64,000 nucleotides of DNA from the NCBI GenBank assembly GCA_963692865.2, contig OY843592.1, positions 1,760,001 to 1,824,000 on the forward strand. The letters are read 5' to 3'. The notes under the pieces are model-generated. The model ran no database searches. It was not told the origin of the DNA and saw only the letters and a list, made by a program, of their open reading frames with translations. This DNA is from a bacterium (GTDB lineage Bacteria; UBA8248). The translations under genes were made by a program, and so were the position numbers. Below are positions 49,978 through 59,147 of this stretch, one piece after another; position 1 is the first letter of the stretch, and the number at the start of each line of letters is the position of its first letter.

Positions 49978-50934
49978 ATGCGAGGAAAAGACGTCAAGTA
50001 CGGAATCGCCATGCGGAATTTCACCGCATATCCCGAACTCCCCGACCCGGAGGCGCTCATCGAATACGGCGTCGCCATGGAGGAGTTGGGTTTCGAATCC
50101 CTGTGGGTGTGGGACCACATTCTGCTGGGCGTGGAGCCGCACTTTCCCATCATCGAGTCGCTGACGCTCCTGACGGCGGTGGCCGCGCGCACGAGCAGAA
50201 TCAAGCTCGGCACGGGCGTTCTCGTCTTGCCGCTCAGAAACCCGCTCGTCGTCGCCAAACAACTCTCCAGCATCGACCAGATATCGAACGGCCGCCTCAT
50301 CGTCGGCATGGCGTCGGGCTGGTATAAGCGCGAGTTCGACGCGGTGGGCGTTCCTTTCGAGAAACGCGGCGCCATCATGGATCAGAACATCGAGATCATC
50401 ACGAGGCTCTGGACCGAGGACATGGTGCGCGCCGAATACGGACAGTACAATCTGAGAAATTCGGTCATGTTCCCCAAGCCCGTGCAAAGCCCGAGGCCGA
50501 GCATCCTCATCGGGGGCTACGTCGACCGCGTGTTAAAGCGCGCAGGCGAAAAGGGCGACGGCTGGCTCACCTATTTTTATACGCCGGAGAGCTTCACGAA
50601 GTCCTGGGAGAAGGTGTGCCGCTTCGCGGAGGAGGCCGGTCGCGACCCCGTCGCGCTCGAAAGCACGAACCAGCTTCCCATCATGGTGGGCGATTCGCGC
50701 GCGGATATCGAAGAGCCGATGAACGAATGGCTCCACACGGAGTGGGACTACGCCTCCTGGAGCGAGTCCACGGCCGAGAGCGCCGTCATGGGAAACGTCG
50801 AAGAGTGCGTGGCGCAGTTGCAGGCTCACATCGACACCGGGGTGGACCGGCTCATTTTCGTTCCCTACAAATACGAGAAAGAACAGGTGGAAATCGTGGC
50901 GAGGGAAATCATCCCTCGTCTGAGAGCGGGGTAG
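49978..50934 (+). CDS. LLM-class (possibly F420-dependent) oxidoreductase
   Basis: SLWVWDH, LGTGVLVLPLRNP, IDQISNGR. Confidence 0.85.
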   Translation: MRGKDVKYGIAMRNFTAYPELPDPEALIEYGVAMEELGFESLWVWDHILLGVEPHFPIIESLTLLTAVAARTSRIKLGTGVLVLPLRNPLVVAKQLSSIDQISNGRLIVGMASGWYKREFDAVGVPFEKRGAIMDQNIEIITRLWTEDMVRAEYGQYNLRNSVMFPKPVQSPRPSILIGGYVDRVLKRAGEKGDGWLTYFYTPESFTKSWEKVCRFAEEAGRDPVALESTNQLPIMVGDSRADIEEPMNEWLHTEWDYASWSESTAESAVMGNVEECVAQLQAHIDTGVDRLIFVPYKYEKEQVEIVAREIIPRLRAG

Positions 50935-51094
50935 GGTGAGGGAGGCGTGTATTGCCCCTTTGTCATGACGATTCGGGCATGGAGGAGGCGCTACAAGACG
51001 GCGTCGAAGGGAACAGAGAGATGATGCTCCAGAAATTCAGGTACTCATGGGAGATCATCGAATAAGGGATTTCCATCCTTTTCAGGATATACAA

Positions 51095-52150
51095 ATGGGC
51101 ATTCAGAGAAGAGCCTGGGATTCTTACAGACGCTATTCGGAAAACATTTTCGACGCCATCGGCGGTACGCCTCTCGTGCGTTTGAACAAGATAGGGGCGG
51201 AAGTGGAGCCCGAGGTCTACGTGAAGCTCGAGTGGTACTCGCCCTCGGGGAGCCTGAAGGATCGCATCTACTACAACATGATCCTGAACGCGGAGGAACG
51301 CGGTGACCTAAGCACCGGCATGACGGTGCTCGAATGCTCCACCGGCAACGCAGGCATCGCATGCGCGTTCGTATCCGCGGTGAAGGGTTATTCCTGCGTC
51401 GTCGTCATGCCCGAGGGTATGAGCGATGAGCGCAAAAAACTCATGCGCGCCTACGGGGCCGATTTGGTGTTTACGCCGGGTGGGGAGAGCGACGTCGATC
51501 TCGCGCTCGAAAAACTCGAAGAAATCCGCGCGGCTTCGCCGGAAAAATACTGGGTTCCCGCCCAGTTCGACAACCTGGACAACAACGAGGCGCACTACCT
51601 CACGACCGGCCCTGAGATTTTCGAGCAGTTGGACGGGCGCGTCGACGCCGTCGTGGCGTCGCAGGGAACGGGCGGCTGGGTGAGCGGCGTGGGGAAATTT
51701 CTGCGCGAGGACAACCCGGACGTGAAGCTCTACGCCGTGGAGCCTCAGGAATGCCCCCTCCTGAGCGAGCGGGGCTGGGGGCCGCACGGCATCGAGGGCA
51801 TCGGGGACGGTTTCGTGCCCAAGGCGCTCGACCTCTCCTTGCTTACGGGCATCGTGACGACGACGACGGATGAATCGGTGGAAATGGCGCAGCGCCTGGC
51901 GCGCGAGGAGGGGATTTTCTGCGGCATCTCCTCGGGCTGCAACGTGGCGGCCGCCCTGAAGCTGGCCACCAGGCACCCCGAACTGCAAAACATCGTCACG
52001 AACATCAACGACACGGGACAGCGCTATTTCACCACCGCTTTGTGCGGAGAGGAAAAACACGTCGAGATTCCCGAGCGTGAGCATCACGTGGACCCATACA
52101 GTGCGGCGCAACTCGATCGATATTCGAGTGAATGGGAAATCATCACCTAG
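51095..52150 (+). CDS. PLP-dependent cysteine synthase family protein (divergent)
   Basis: IGGTPLV, SGSLKDR, STGNAG, QFDN, GTGG, HGIEGIG, GISSG. Confidence 0.85.
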   Translation: MGIQRRAWDSYRRYSENIFDAIGGTPLVRLNKIGAEVEPEVYVKLEWYSPSGSLKDRIYYNMILNAEERGDLSTGMTVLECSTGNAGIACAFVSAVKGYSCVVVMPEGMSDERKKLMRAYGADLVFTPGGESDVDLALEKLEEIRAASPEKYWVPAQFDNLDNNEAHYLTTGPEIFEQLDGRVDAVVASQGTGGWVSGVGKFLREDNPDVKLYAVEPQECPLLSERGWGPHGIEGIGDGFVPKALDLSLLTGIVTTTTDESVEMAQRLAREEGIFCGISSGCNVAAALKLATRHPELQNIVTNINDTGQRYFTTALCGEEKHVEIPEREHHVDPYSAAQLDRYSSEWEIIT

Positions 52151-52171
52151 CATCCACCGCGGGTAGGACAG

Positions 52172-53038
52172 ATGGTTTATGCCCAGATTCTGATTAACAG
52201 CATTCTCTTGGGGGGTATCTACGCCTGCATCGCGGTCGGTTTCTCGCTCGTCTGGGGCGTGATGAACATCCTGAACATTCTGCACGGCACGTTCTTGATG
52301 CTGGGCGGCTACGTTACGTTCTGGATGTTCAAACTCTACGGCGTGGACCCGTTCTTGTCCCTTCCGCTCTCCGCCGTCTCCATGTTCTGCGCGGGCTACG
52401 CGGTGCAGCGCGGGCTGATCAACAAAATCGTACGCGCGCCCATGTTCATGTCCCTGATTCTCACCTTCGGCCTTCAGTTGCTCGTCGTGAGGTTGGCGAT
52501 ATATTTCTTCACCGGCGATTTCAGGTCGGTTCAGCCCTCCTATGCGGGTTTTTCCATTCCTTTCATGGGTCTTTCCATACCCTTCGTCCGTATTTCGATA
52601 TTCGTGCTGGGTGTTCTTCTTACGAGCATTCTCTTCTGGTTTATGGGGCGTACACGCACGGGCCGGGCCATACGCGCGACGCGGATGGATTTGGACTCCG
52701 CCCAGTTGATGGGCGTCGACATCGGCAGAATCTACGCCATCACGTATGGACTCGGCGCGGCCGCCGCGGCCACTTCGGGTTCCCTCGTGAGCGTGGGTTT
52801 CGCCATATCGCCGGTGAGCGATGTGGAGTTCCTCTCGAAATCCTTCATCATCTGCACCATCGGGGGCCTGGGGAACATCACGGGTGCGCTTGCGGGGGGG
52901 CTGATCCTGGGCCTCGCCGAGAATTTCGGCGCCCTTTATCTCGGCCCCGGTCTGCAGAATGCCATCGGCTACGTGCTCTTGATTCTGGTGCTCTTCATCA
53001 AGCCGTCGGGCCTGCTGGGCAGAAAGGGTTTCGAATAG
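52172..53038 (+). CDS. Liv-type ABC permease (LivH-like)
   Basis: GFSLVWGVM, GRAIRA, IGGLG. Confidence 0.9.
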   Translation: MVYAQILINSILLGGIYACIAVGFSLVWGVMNILNILHGTFLMLGGYVTFWMFKLYGVDPFLSLPLSAVSMFCAGYAVQRGLINKIVRAPMFMSLILTFGLQLLVVRLAIYFFTGDFRSVQPSYAGFSIPFMGLSIPFVRISIFVLGVLLTSILFWFMGRTRTGRAIRATRMDLDSAQLMGVDIGRIYAITYGLGAAAAATSGSLVSVGFAISPVSDVEFLSKSFIICTIGGLGNITGALAGGLILGLAENFGALYLGPGLQNAIGYVLLILVLFIKPSGLLGRKGFE

Positions 53039-53039
53039 C

Positions 53040-54023
53040 ATGTTCAGGCCCTGGTCCCACATTCAATGGTTCGGCATGGGAGCGGGCGTGCTCGCCCTCA
53101 TTCTCCTGCCCTCGTTCGTGGAAAACGACGAGATCAGGAAGTGGATGGACATCCTGATGGTGGCCATTCTGGCGATAAGCTGGAATTTCATCGGCGGATT
53201 GACGGGTTATCCCTCCTTCGCGTCGGCCGCCTTTTTCGGGCTGGGGGCCTACACGACGGCCATCCTCATGAACGCAGGCTTCAATTTCTTCATCACGCTG
53301 GGGATCGGCGCGTGCTTCGGCGCTCTCGTGGCGCTTGCCCTGGGCGTTCCCATATTGAGACTGAGGGGCCACTACTTCGCGATCGCCACCTTTGGCGTGG
53401 CGGAATTCTTCCGCGAACTCGCGGATAACCTGCGCATCACCGGCGGGGGAGACGGGATCAACCTTCCACAGATAACGGGTGGCCCGGATTACTTCACGCG
53501 CTTTTTCTACTTCTCCATGCTCGGGGTGGCCGTGCTCGCGGTCTTGACGCAGTACTTCGTCACGCGCCATCGACTGGGCTATGGCCTCGTCGCCATCCGC
53601 GAGAACGAGGACGCGGCGGCCATGACGGGCGTGGATACGACGAAATACAAAATCATCGCCTTCGTGCTCTCTTCCATTTTCCCCGCTATGGGAGGCGGCG
53701 TATACGCCTACCGCGCCGCGTTTCTGGAGCCCATTGATGTTTTCGACGTCTTGTTCTCCATCAAGGCGATTGTGATGTCGATGCTTGGCGGGGTGGGTAC
53801 GGTGATGGGCCCGCTTGTGGGCGCGTTGATGATGGAATACCTGTCGGATTACCTCTGGGGGGCGTTCACGGAATTTCACAGCGCGTTTTTGGGAATCATC
53901 ATCGTGCTGGTCGTCTTGTTCCTGCCGCGCGGCTTGATGGCCGTCTCCCAGGAGGTGAAAAGCCGTGGATGGGGGTCTTTGGGAGTAATTCTCAAGAGCA
54001 ACATACAAAGGTTCAAGGTGTGA
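53040..54023 (+). CDS. Liv-type ABC permease (LivM-like)
   Basis: LRLRGHYFAIAT, AIRENE.AA. Confidence 0.9.
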   Translation: MFRPWSHIQWFGMGAGVLALILLPSFVENDEIRKWMDILMVAILAISWNFIGGLTGYPSFASAAFFGLGAYTTAILMNAGFNFFITLGIGACFGALVALALGVPILRLRGHYFAIATFGVAEFFRELADNLRITGGGDGINLPQITGGPDYFTRFFYFSMLGVAVLAVLTQYFVTRHRLGYGLVAIRENEDAAAMTGVDTTKYKIIAFVLSSIFPAMGGGVYAYRAAFLEPIDVFDVLFSIKAIVMSMLGGVGTVMGPLVGALMMEYLSDYLWGAFTEFHSAFLGIIIVLVVLFLPRGLMAVSQEVKSRGWGSLGVILKSNIQRFKV

Positions 54024-54787
54024 GCGAAACTCTTTTGGAAGGCAAGAGCGTCACGAAGCGCTTCGGTGGACTCACTGCCGTTTCAGCGGTGGATTTCACC
54101 GTGCGCAAGGGGGAGATTCTCGGCGTCATCGGTCCCAACGGCGCGGGGAAGACGACGCTGCTCAATTGCATCACGGGCCTCGACCCGGCGAACGAGGGCG
54201 AGATTCTCTTTCGCGGAGAGCGCATCGAAACCTTGAAACCACACTCGATCACGCGAAAGGGAATCGCCCGGACGTTTCAGATCGTCCAGCCTTTCGCGGG
54301 CCTTGCGGTACGCGAGAACGTCGTGATGGGCGCGCTGTTCGGCTCCCGGAAATCGAAAAAGGAAGTGAAGCTCGCCCAGGAACTCGCGGATGACATGCTG
54401 GCGTTCGTGGGGTTGAGCGATAAGGCCGCGCAACTCGCCTCCCAGCTTACGCTCGCCGAGAGAAAACGTCTGGAATTCGCCAAATCCCTGGCCACGGAGC
54501 CGGAAGTGCTGCTTCTCGACGAGGTGAACGCCGGTCTCAACACGACGGAAATCGAGAACGCCATTTCCCTCATCCACAAGGTGAGAGAGCAGGGCGTGAC
54601 CATCCTGGTGATCGAGCATTTGATGAAGGTGATCACGGACCTCTCGGATCGCGTCCTCGTCCTGCATCACGGGGAGAAGATAGCGGAAGGCTTGCCGCGC
54701 GAGGTGACGAGCGATGAGCAGGTTATCAAGGCCTATCTGGGCGAAAAATACGTTGCGATGATGAAAAAGCTGGATGAGGAGTCCTAG
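54020..54787 (+). CDS. Liv-type ABC ATPase (LivG-like)
   Basis: GPNGAGKT, LLLDE, IEH; GTGA overlap. Confidence 0.9.
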   Translation: MSETLLEGKSVTKRFGGLTAVSAVDFTVRKGEILGVIGPNGAGKTTLLNCITGLDPANEGEILFRGERIETLKPHSITRKGIARTFQIVQPFAGLAVRENVVMGALFGSRKSKKEVKLAQELADDMLAFVGLSDKAAQLASQLTLAERKRLEFAKSLATEPEVLLLDEVNAGLNTTEIENAISLIHKVREQGVTILVIEHLMKVITDLSDRVLVLHHGEKIAEGLPREVTSDEQVIKAYLGEKYVAMMKKLDEES

Positions 54788-55529
54788 CGTGGCGGCGCAT
54801 GAATCTCAAAACGGAACGAGCCTCCTGGAGGTGAGCGGCCTGGCGGGCGGGTATGATGACGTTCAGGTTCTGTGGGGGATCGATCTGCGCGTGGACGAAG
54901 GTGAGATAGTCGCCATCGTCGGCAGCAACGGCGTCGGCAAGTCCACGTTTCTGCGAATGCTCTCGGGCGTGCGCCCTCACCGGGCGGGAACAATGACGCT
55001 CGACGGTGAGTCAATCGAGGGAATGGCGCCGGAGGGCATCGTCGCCAAAGGGATTTCCCATGTGCCCGAGGGCCGCAGGCTCTTCGCAGCGATGAGCGTG
55101 GAGGAGAATCTCCTGATGGGCGCTTATGCGCGGAAAATGGCCGATCAGGAACTGGCGGCGGATTTGGAGAGGGTGTACGGGTTTTTCCCGCGGCTGGCGG
55201 AGCGGAAATCCCAGCTTGCAGGGAGCATGTCCGGCGGTGAGCAGCAGATGTGCGCGATCGCCCGGGGGTTGATGGCGCGCCCCAGGCTGCTCCTGATCGA
55301 CGAACTCTCCCTGGGCCTTGCGCCCAGGCTGGTGGAGGAATTGTGTGGTTTCGTCCGGCAGATAAACGAGGAGGGCGTCGCCATCATCCTGGTCGAGCAG
55401 GATGTGCTCACCGCGTTCGAGCTCGCGAGGCGGGCCTATGTTTTCGAAACCGGGCGCGTAACGATCTCCGGCACTTCGGATGAGCTTCTGGCGAATCCGC
55501 AGGTGAAGAAGGCGTATCTGGGCATGTAG
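54774..55529 (+). CDS. Liv-type ABC ATPase (LivF-like)
   Basis: GSNGVGKS, VPEGR, MSGGEQQM. Confidence 0.9.
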   Translation: MRSPSVAAHESQNGTSLLEVSGLAGGYDDVQVLWGIDLRVDEGEIVAIVGSNGVGKSTFLRMLSGVRPHRAGTMTLDGESIEGMAPEGIVAKGISHVPEGRRLFAAMSVEENLLMGAYARKMADQELAADLERVYGFFPRLAERKSQLAGSMSGGEQQMCAIARGLMARPRLLLIDELSLGLAPRLVEELCGFVRQINEEGVAIILVEQDVLTAFELARRAYVFETGRVTISGTSDELLANPQVKKAYLGM

Positions 55530-55626
55530 CCCGTTTTCATATACTCTGTCTGGAATCAACTTGTATGAATATTGTGTGAGAACCGAAGACGGAAGAGGTA
55601 GCACTCAACCATTGAGGAGGCAGGTC

Positions 55627-56835
55627 ATGAGAAGGCGTAAATTGTTGTTTCTCATCGCAGCAATCTTGTTTGTCTCTTTCGGCGTGACGGGTCTGCAGGG
55701 GCTGGACGGCGCCCAGGCGGCTGAGATCAAGTTCGGCGCCGCCTTGCCGCTCACTGGGCCGCTCGCCACCGAGGGAAAAAAGCAGCAGGCGGGCTATGAA
55801 ATCTGGCGCGAGCGCGTCAACAAGGCGGGCGGCATCAACGTGGGCGGCAAGAAGATGAAGGTGAAGATCGTCTACTACGACTACGAGAGCAAGACGCCGA
55901 CGGCCACCAAGCTCGCCGAGCGGCTCATTACCAAGGAAAAGGTAGACCTCCTCCTTGGCCCGTTCGGTAGCGGAGCGACGAAATCCGTCGCCGCTATCAC
56001 GGAGCGTTATCAGGTGCCCCTCATCGCGCCCGTGGCGAGTTCGGAGCCGATTTTCGACCAAGGCTACAAATACCTATTCGGCCTTCTGGCGCCGAACGCG
56101 TATTTGCCGAACAACTTCCTGACGCTCTTGAAAGAGCAAAAGCCGAAGCCCAAGACCATCGCGTTCGTGACGCGCAACGACTTCTTCCCGCGCGCCGTCA
56201 CGAGGATGATTAGAGCAGCGGCGAAAAAACAAGGATTCACGGACGTCTACTACGCCGAGTTTCCGAAGGATTCGAAGGATATGTCCACCTGGCTCACGAT
56301 CGTGAAGGGCAAGAATCCAGACGTTCTCATGGTGGCCGGCTATCTTCCCGACACCCTACTCGCCACAAAGCAGGCGAACGAGTTGGGCGTGAAGCCCAAA
56401 ATCCTGTTCACCATGGTGGGTCCGGTCTACGCGCAGTTCACGGAATCGCTCGGCGCCACGGCCAACAACATCCTGACAGCCGCATGGTGGGGCGAGGCGC
56501 TTGAATACAAGGGCGACTTCATCGGCTCGGCGCGGGATTTCGGAAAGATCTGGCGCGCCAAGTTCAAGCAGGAGCCGGACTACGTCGCCGCGGCGTCGAC
56601 GGCCGCGGGCATCGTCGCCCAGAAGGCCATCGAGGCGGCGGGCACGCTGGACAAGAAGAAGGTTCGCGACGCCATTGCGAACACTAATTTGAAAACTTTC
56701 TTCGGCCCCGTGAAGTTCGACAAGCTCAACATGAACGCGGCCAGCGCCATCGTTTTGTTCCAGGTGCAGGACGGAAAACGCAAGACGGTGGGTCCGAAGA
56801 GCGTGGCGAACGCGAAATTTAGGTTTCCAAGATAG
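55627..56835 (+). CDS. Liv-type ABC substrate-binding protein
   Basis: Signal peptide; PLTG, NKAGGI, FGPVKFD. Confidence 0.9.
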   Translation: MRRRKLLFLIAAILFVSFGVTGLQGLDGAQAAEIKFGAALPLTGPLATEGKKQQAGYEIWRERVNKAGGINVGGKKMKVKIVYYDYESKTPTATKLAERLITKEKVDLLLGPFGSGATKSVAAITERYQVPLIAPVASSEPIFDQGYKYLFGLLAPNAYLPNNFLTLLKEQKPKPKTIAFVTRNDFFPRAVTRMIRAAAKKQGFTDVYYAEFPKDSKDMSTWLTIVKGKNPDVLMVAGYLPDTLLATKQANELGVKPKILFTMVGPVYAQFTESLGATANNILTAAWWGEALEYKGDFIGSARDFGKIWRAKFKQEPDYVAAASTAAGIVAQKAIEAAGTLDKKKVRDAIANTNLKTFFGPVKFDKLNMNAASAIVLFQVQDGKRKTVGPKSVANAKFRFPR

Positions 56836-56906
56836 TTTTTAAGCCAGTTTCAGGAACGTCGCCGAGATTGAGGCAGCGTTCTTGAGCCAGGCTTTGTGGG
56901 GGGTTC

Positions 56907-57704
56907 ATGCCGACGATCCGCCAGTTGGCCGATGATGAGGTGTCCGAGGCGGCGCGAGAACTCGTAGAACGCGTCAAGACGCGCGAGAAGCGCGTATTCG
57001 GCATCGATACGCTCTCGAACATCTGGCGGTCGATGACCCACCATCCCGAATACATGGAGGCGAGTTGGGAGCGTTCGCGCGCCACCATGCAGCGCGGGGA
57101 CGCGCCGCCTCTGGTGAAGGAGATGGTCGCCTCGGCGGTTTCCATCGTCAATGCGTGTGGATACTGAATCGACTCTCACATCGCCGCGGTCATGCGGATG
57201 GGGGTCGATGAGGCGGGTATCACGGAGTTGATCGGCTTGACGGATCATGTTTCGGGAATGAACAAGGTCGCCTTCGGTCTTTTGTTGGAGGATGAGGATA
57301 CGCCGTCTCTTCTGCCTTATCCGGAAGAAGATAAGATCAACCCGGTCGTACGGGACCTGATGGGTGAGGTGGCGGAGGTGGAATCAGCGCGTCTGGGTGA
57401 AGACGGCGTTCCGCGCTACTGGCGCTGTCTGGCGCGAAACCGCCATTATTTCGAATCCACGTGGAACAAGCACAAGCTCATGCTCGATGGAGGCGTTCTC
57501 GAAAAACATGCCAAAGCGGCGGTTGGTTTCGGCGTGAGCGTCACGAACGGCTCCAGGTATTTCATACGGTATTTCCATGCTTATCTGGTGAATCTGGGCT
57601 GGGACCCTGGGCGAATCCTCGAAATTCTCGGGGTGGTGGATCACTACAACAGCTTCAACGCCCTGGCGACGGGAATGCAGATCGAATCGGACATCAGGCC
57701 ATGA
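56907..57704 (+). CDS. Putative selenoprotein: tandem AhpD/carboxymuconolactone-decarboxylase domains with CxxU (Sec at TGA 57165-57167), 265 aa
   Basis: KEMVASAVSIVNACGY-TGA-IDSH continues in frame into the 57192 ORF; Sec aligns with the second Cys of the AhpD CxxC..H motif. Confidence 0.85.
57168..57209 (+). promoter_or_regulatory. Bacterial SECIS-like hairpin
   Basis: ATCGAC/GTCGAT base stem, CATC/GATG, CGC/GCG closing apical loop GGTCAT 20 nt after the UGA. Confidence 0.7.
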
Positions 57705-57779
57705 TCCGAGAAGCGCTTGGGATGAATGCCGGGTGGTCGCGGCATATGACGAAGCGAGTTTTTTAGAATAGAGCTGAAG

Positions 57780-58634
57780 ATGGAATTTTTACGCGCTGGA
57801 TCGGTGGATGAAGCGTTGGCGGCTGCTCGCGATGGCGCCGCATTCGTCGCGGGCGGTACGAACCTAGTGCCGGACGTGCTTTTTGAGCGCAAGAAAATAG
57901 CGCGCGCGGTGGACATCAGCCGTCTCGATGAGCTTCGTTTCATCGAGGAGGCGGGCGGAAAAATCAGAATCGGTGCGCTGGCGAATGTCACGGATTTGCT
58001 GGAATCTGAACTGATACGCACGGCCGCCTCGCCTTTGTACGAGAGCACTCTCGAATTCGCGGGTCCTCTGGTGAGAAACCGCGCGAGCGTGGCGGGCAAC
58101 CTCATGGATGCCTCGCCCGCCGCCGATTTGGCGCCTCCCCTGCTGGCGCAGGATGCCGTCGTCGAATTGGCCTCGGCGGAGGGCGAACGCAACTTACCGC
58201 TTTCGGAATTTTTCTTGGATTACAGAAAAACGGCCGCGCGTACGGAAGAACTCATGACGGCCATTGTCCTTGAACCGCTGGGGACGAGCGATCGTTGCGC
58301 TTATTATAAATTACAACTCAGGCGCGCGATGGCCATCGCCGTCGTGGGCGTTGCGGTCGTTCTTCGGATGGAAGGAGACGTTTGTGCGGAGGCCGCCGTC
58401 AGCCTGGGGGCGGTGGCCGCGGTGCCGTATCGCGCGCACGCGGCGGAGGCGTGTCTGCGTGGCAAGGAAGTTGGGGAAGCTGAAATCGAGGCGGCGGCTG
58501 AGGCAGCGAAAGATAGTGCCCGTCCTATTGACGATGTGCGGGCGAGTGCGGCGTACCGGAAGAAAATGTGCGGCGTGCTGGTCCGCCGTTTGCTCAGGAA
58601 AGCGCTGGGAATGCCGCAACCCGCGGTTGTGTGA
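57780..58634 (+). CDS. Xanthine dehydrogenase/CoxM-like FAD subunit
   Basis: AGGTNL, RNRASVAGN, ASPAAD, DDVRAS..YR. Confidence 0.9.
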   Translation: MEFLRAGSVDEALAAARDGAAFVAGGTNLVPDVLFERKKIARAVDISRLDELRFIEEAGGKIRIGALANVTDLLESELIRTAASPLYESTLEFAGPLVRNRASVAGNLMDASPAADLAPPLLAQDAVVELASAEGERNLPLSEFFLDYRKTAARTEELMTAIVLEPLGTSDRCAYYKLQLRRAMAIAVVGVAVVLRMEGDVCAEAAVSLGAVAAVPYRAHAAEACLRGKEVGEAEIEAAAEAAKDSARPIDDVRASAAYRKKMCGVLVRRLLRKALGMPQPAVV

Positions 58635-58649
58635 TGAATAATTTGGGTC

Positions 58650-59147
58650 ATGGGTGAGCAGACAATGAGTGCTTATGCAATCAAATTGCGCGTGAACGGA
58701 AAGGACGAAACCCTCGCCGTGCGGGGGGATGAGACGCTCCTGCGCGCTCTCAGGCGGATTGGCTACGTCGAGGTGAAACTCAGTTGCGAGGGGGGCGATT
58801 GCGGCGCGTGCGCTATTTTGCTAGACGGCGTGGCCGTGAACGCCTGCCTCATGTTCGCCGCGCAGGCGGACGGCTCGGAGATCACCACCGTGCGCGGTAT
58901 CGGAACGGAAGACGACCTCCACCCGGTACAGGAACAGCTCATCGAAAAAGGAGGCGTACAGTGCGGTTTCTGCACGCCGGGAATCGTCGTATCGGCGAAG
59001 GCGCTTCTGGATGAGAACGCTGCGCCCACGCGCGAGGACATACAACGCGGCCTCGCCGGAAACCTTTGCCGCTGCACGGGCTATAAGAAGATTTTCGAGG
59101 CTGTATCGGCGGCAGCCCGGCAGATGAAGGAAGGAGGCGACTCATGA
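58650..59147 (+). CDS. Xanthine dehydrogenase/CoxS-like 2x[2Fe-2S] subunit
   Basis: CEGGDCGAC...C, QCGFCTPG, NLCRCTGY. Confidence 0.92.
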   Translation: MGEQTMSAYAIKLRVNGKDETLAVRGDETLLRALRRIGYVEVKLSCEGGDCGACAILLDGVAVNACLMFAAQADGSEITTVRGIGTEDDLHPVQEQLIEKGGVQCGFCTPGIVVSAKALLDENAAPTREDIQRGLAGNLCRCTGYKKIFEAVSAAARQMKEGGDS

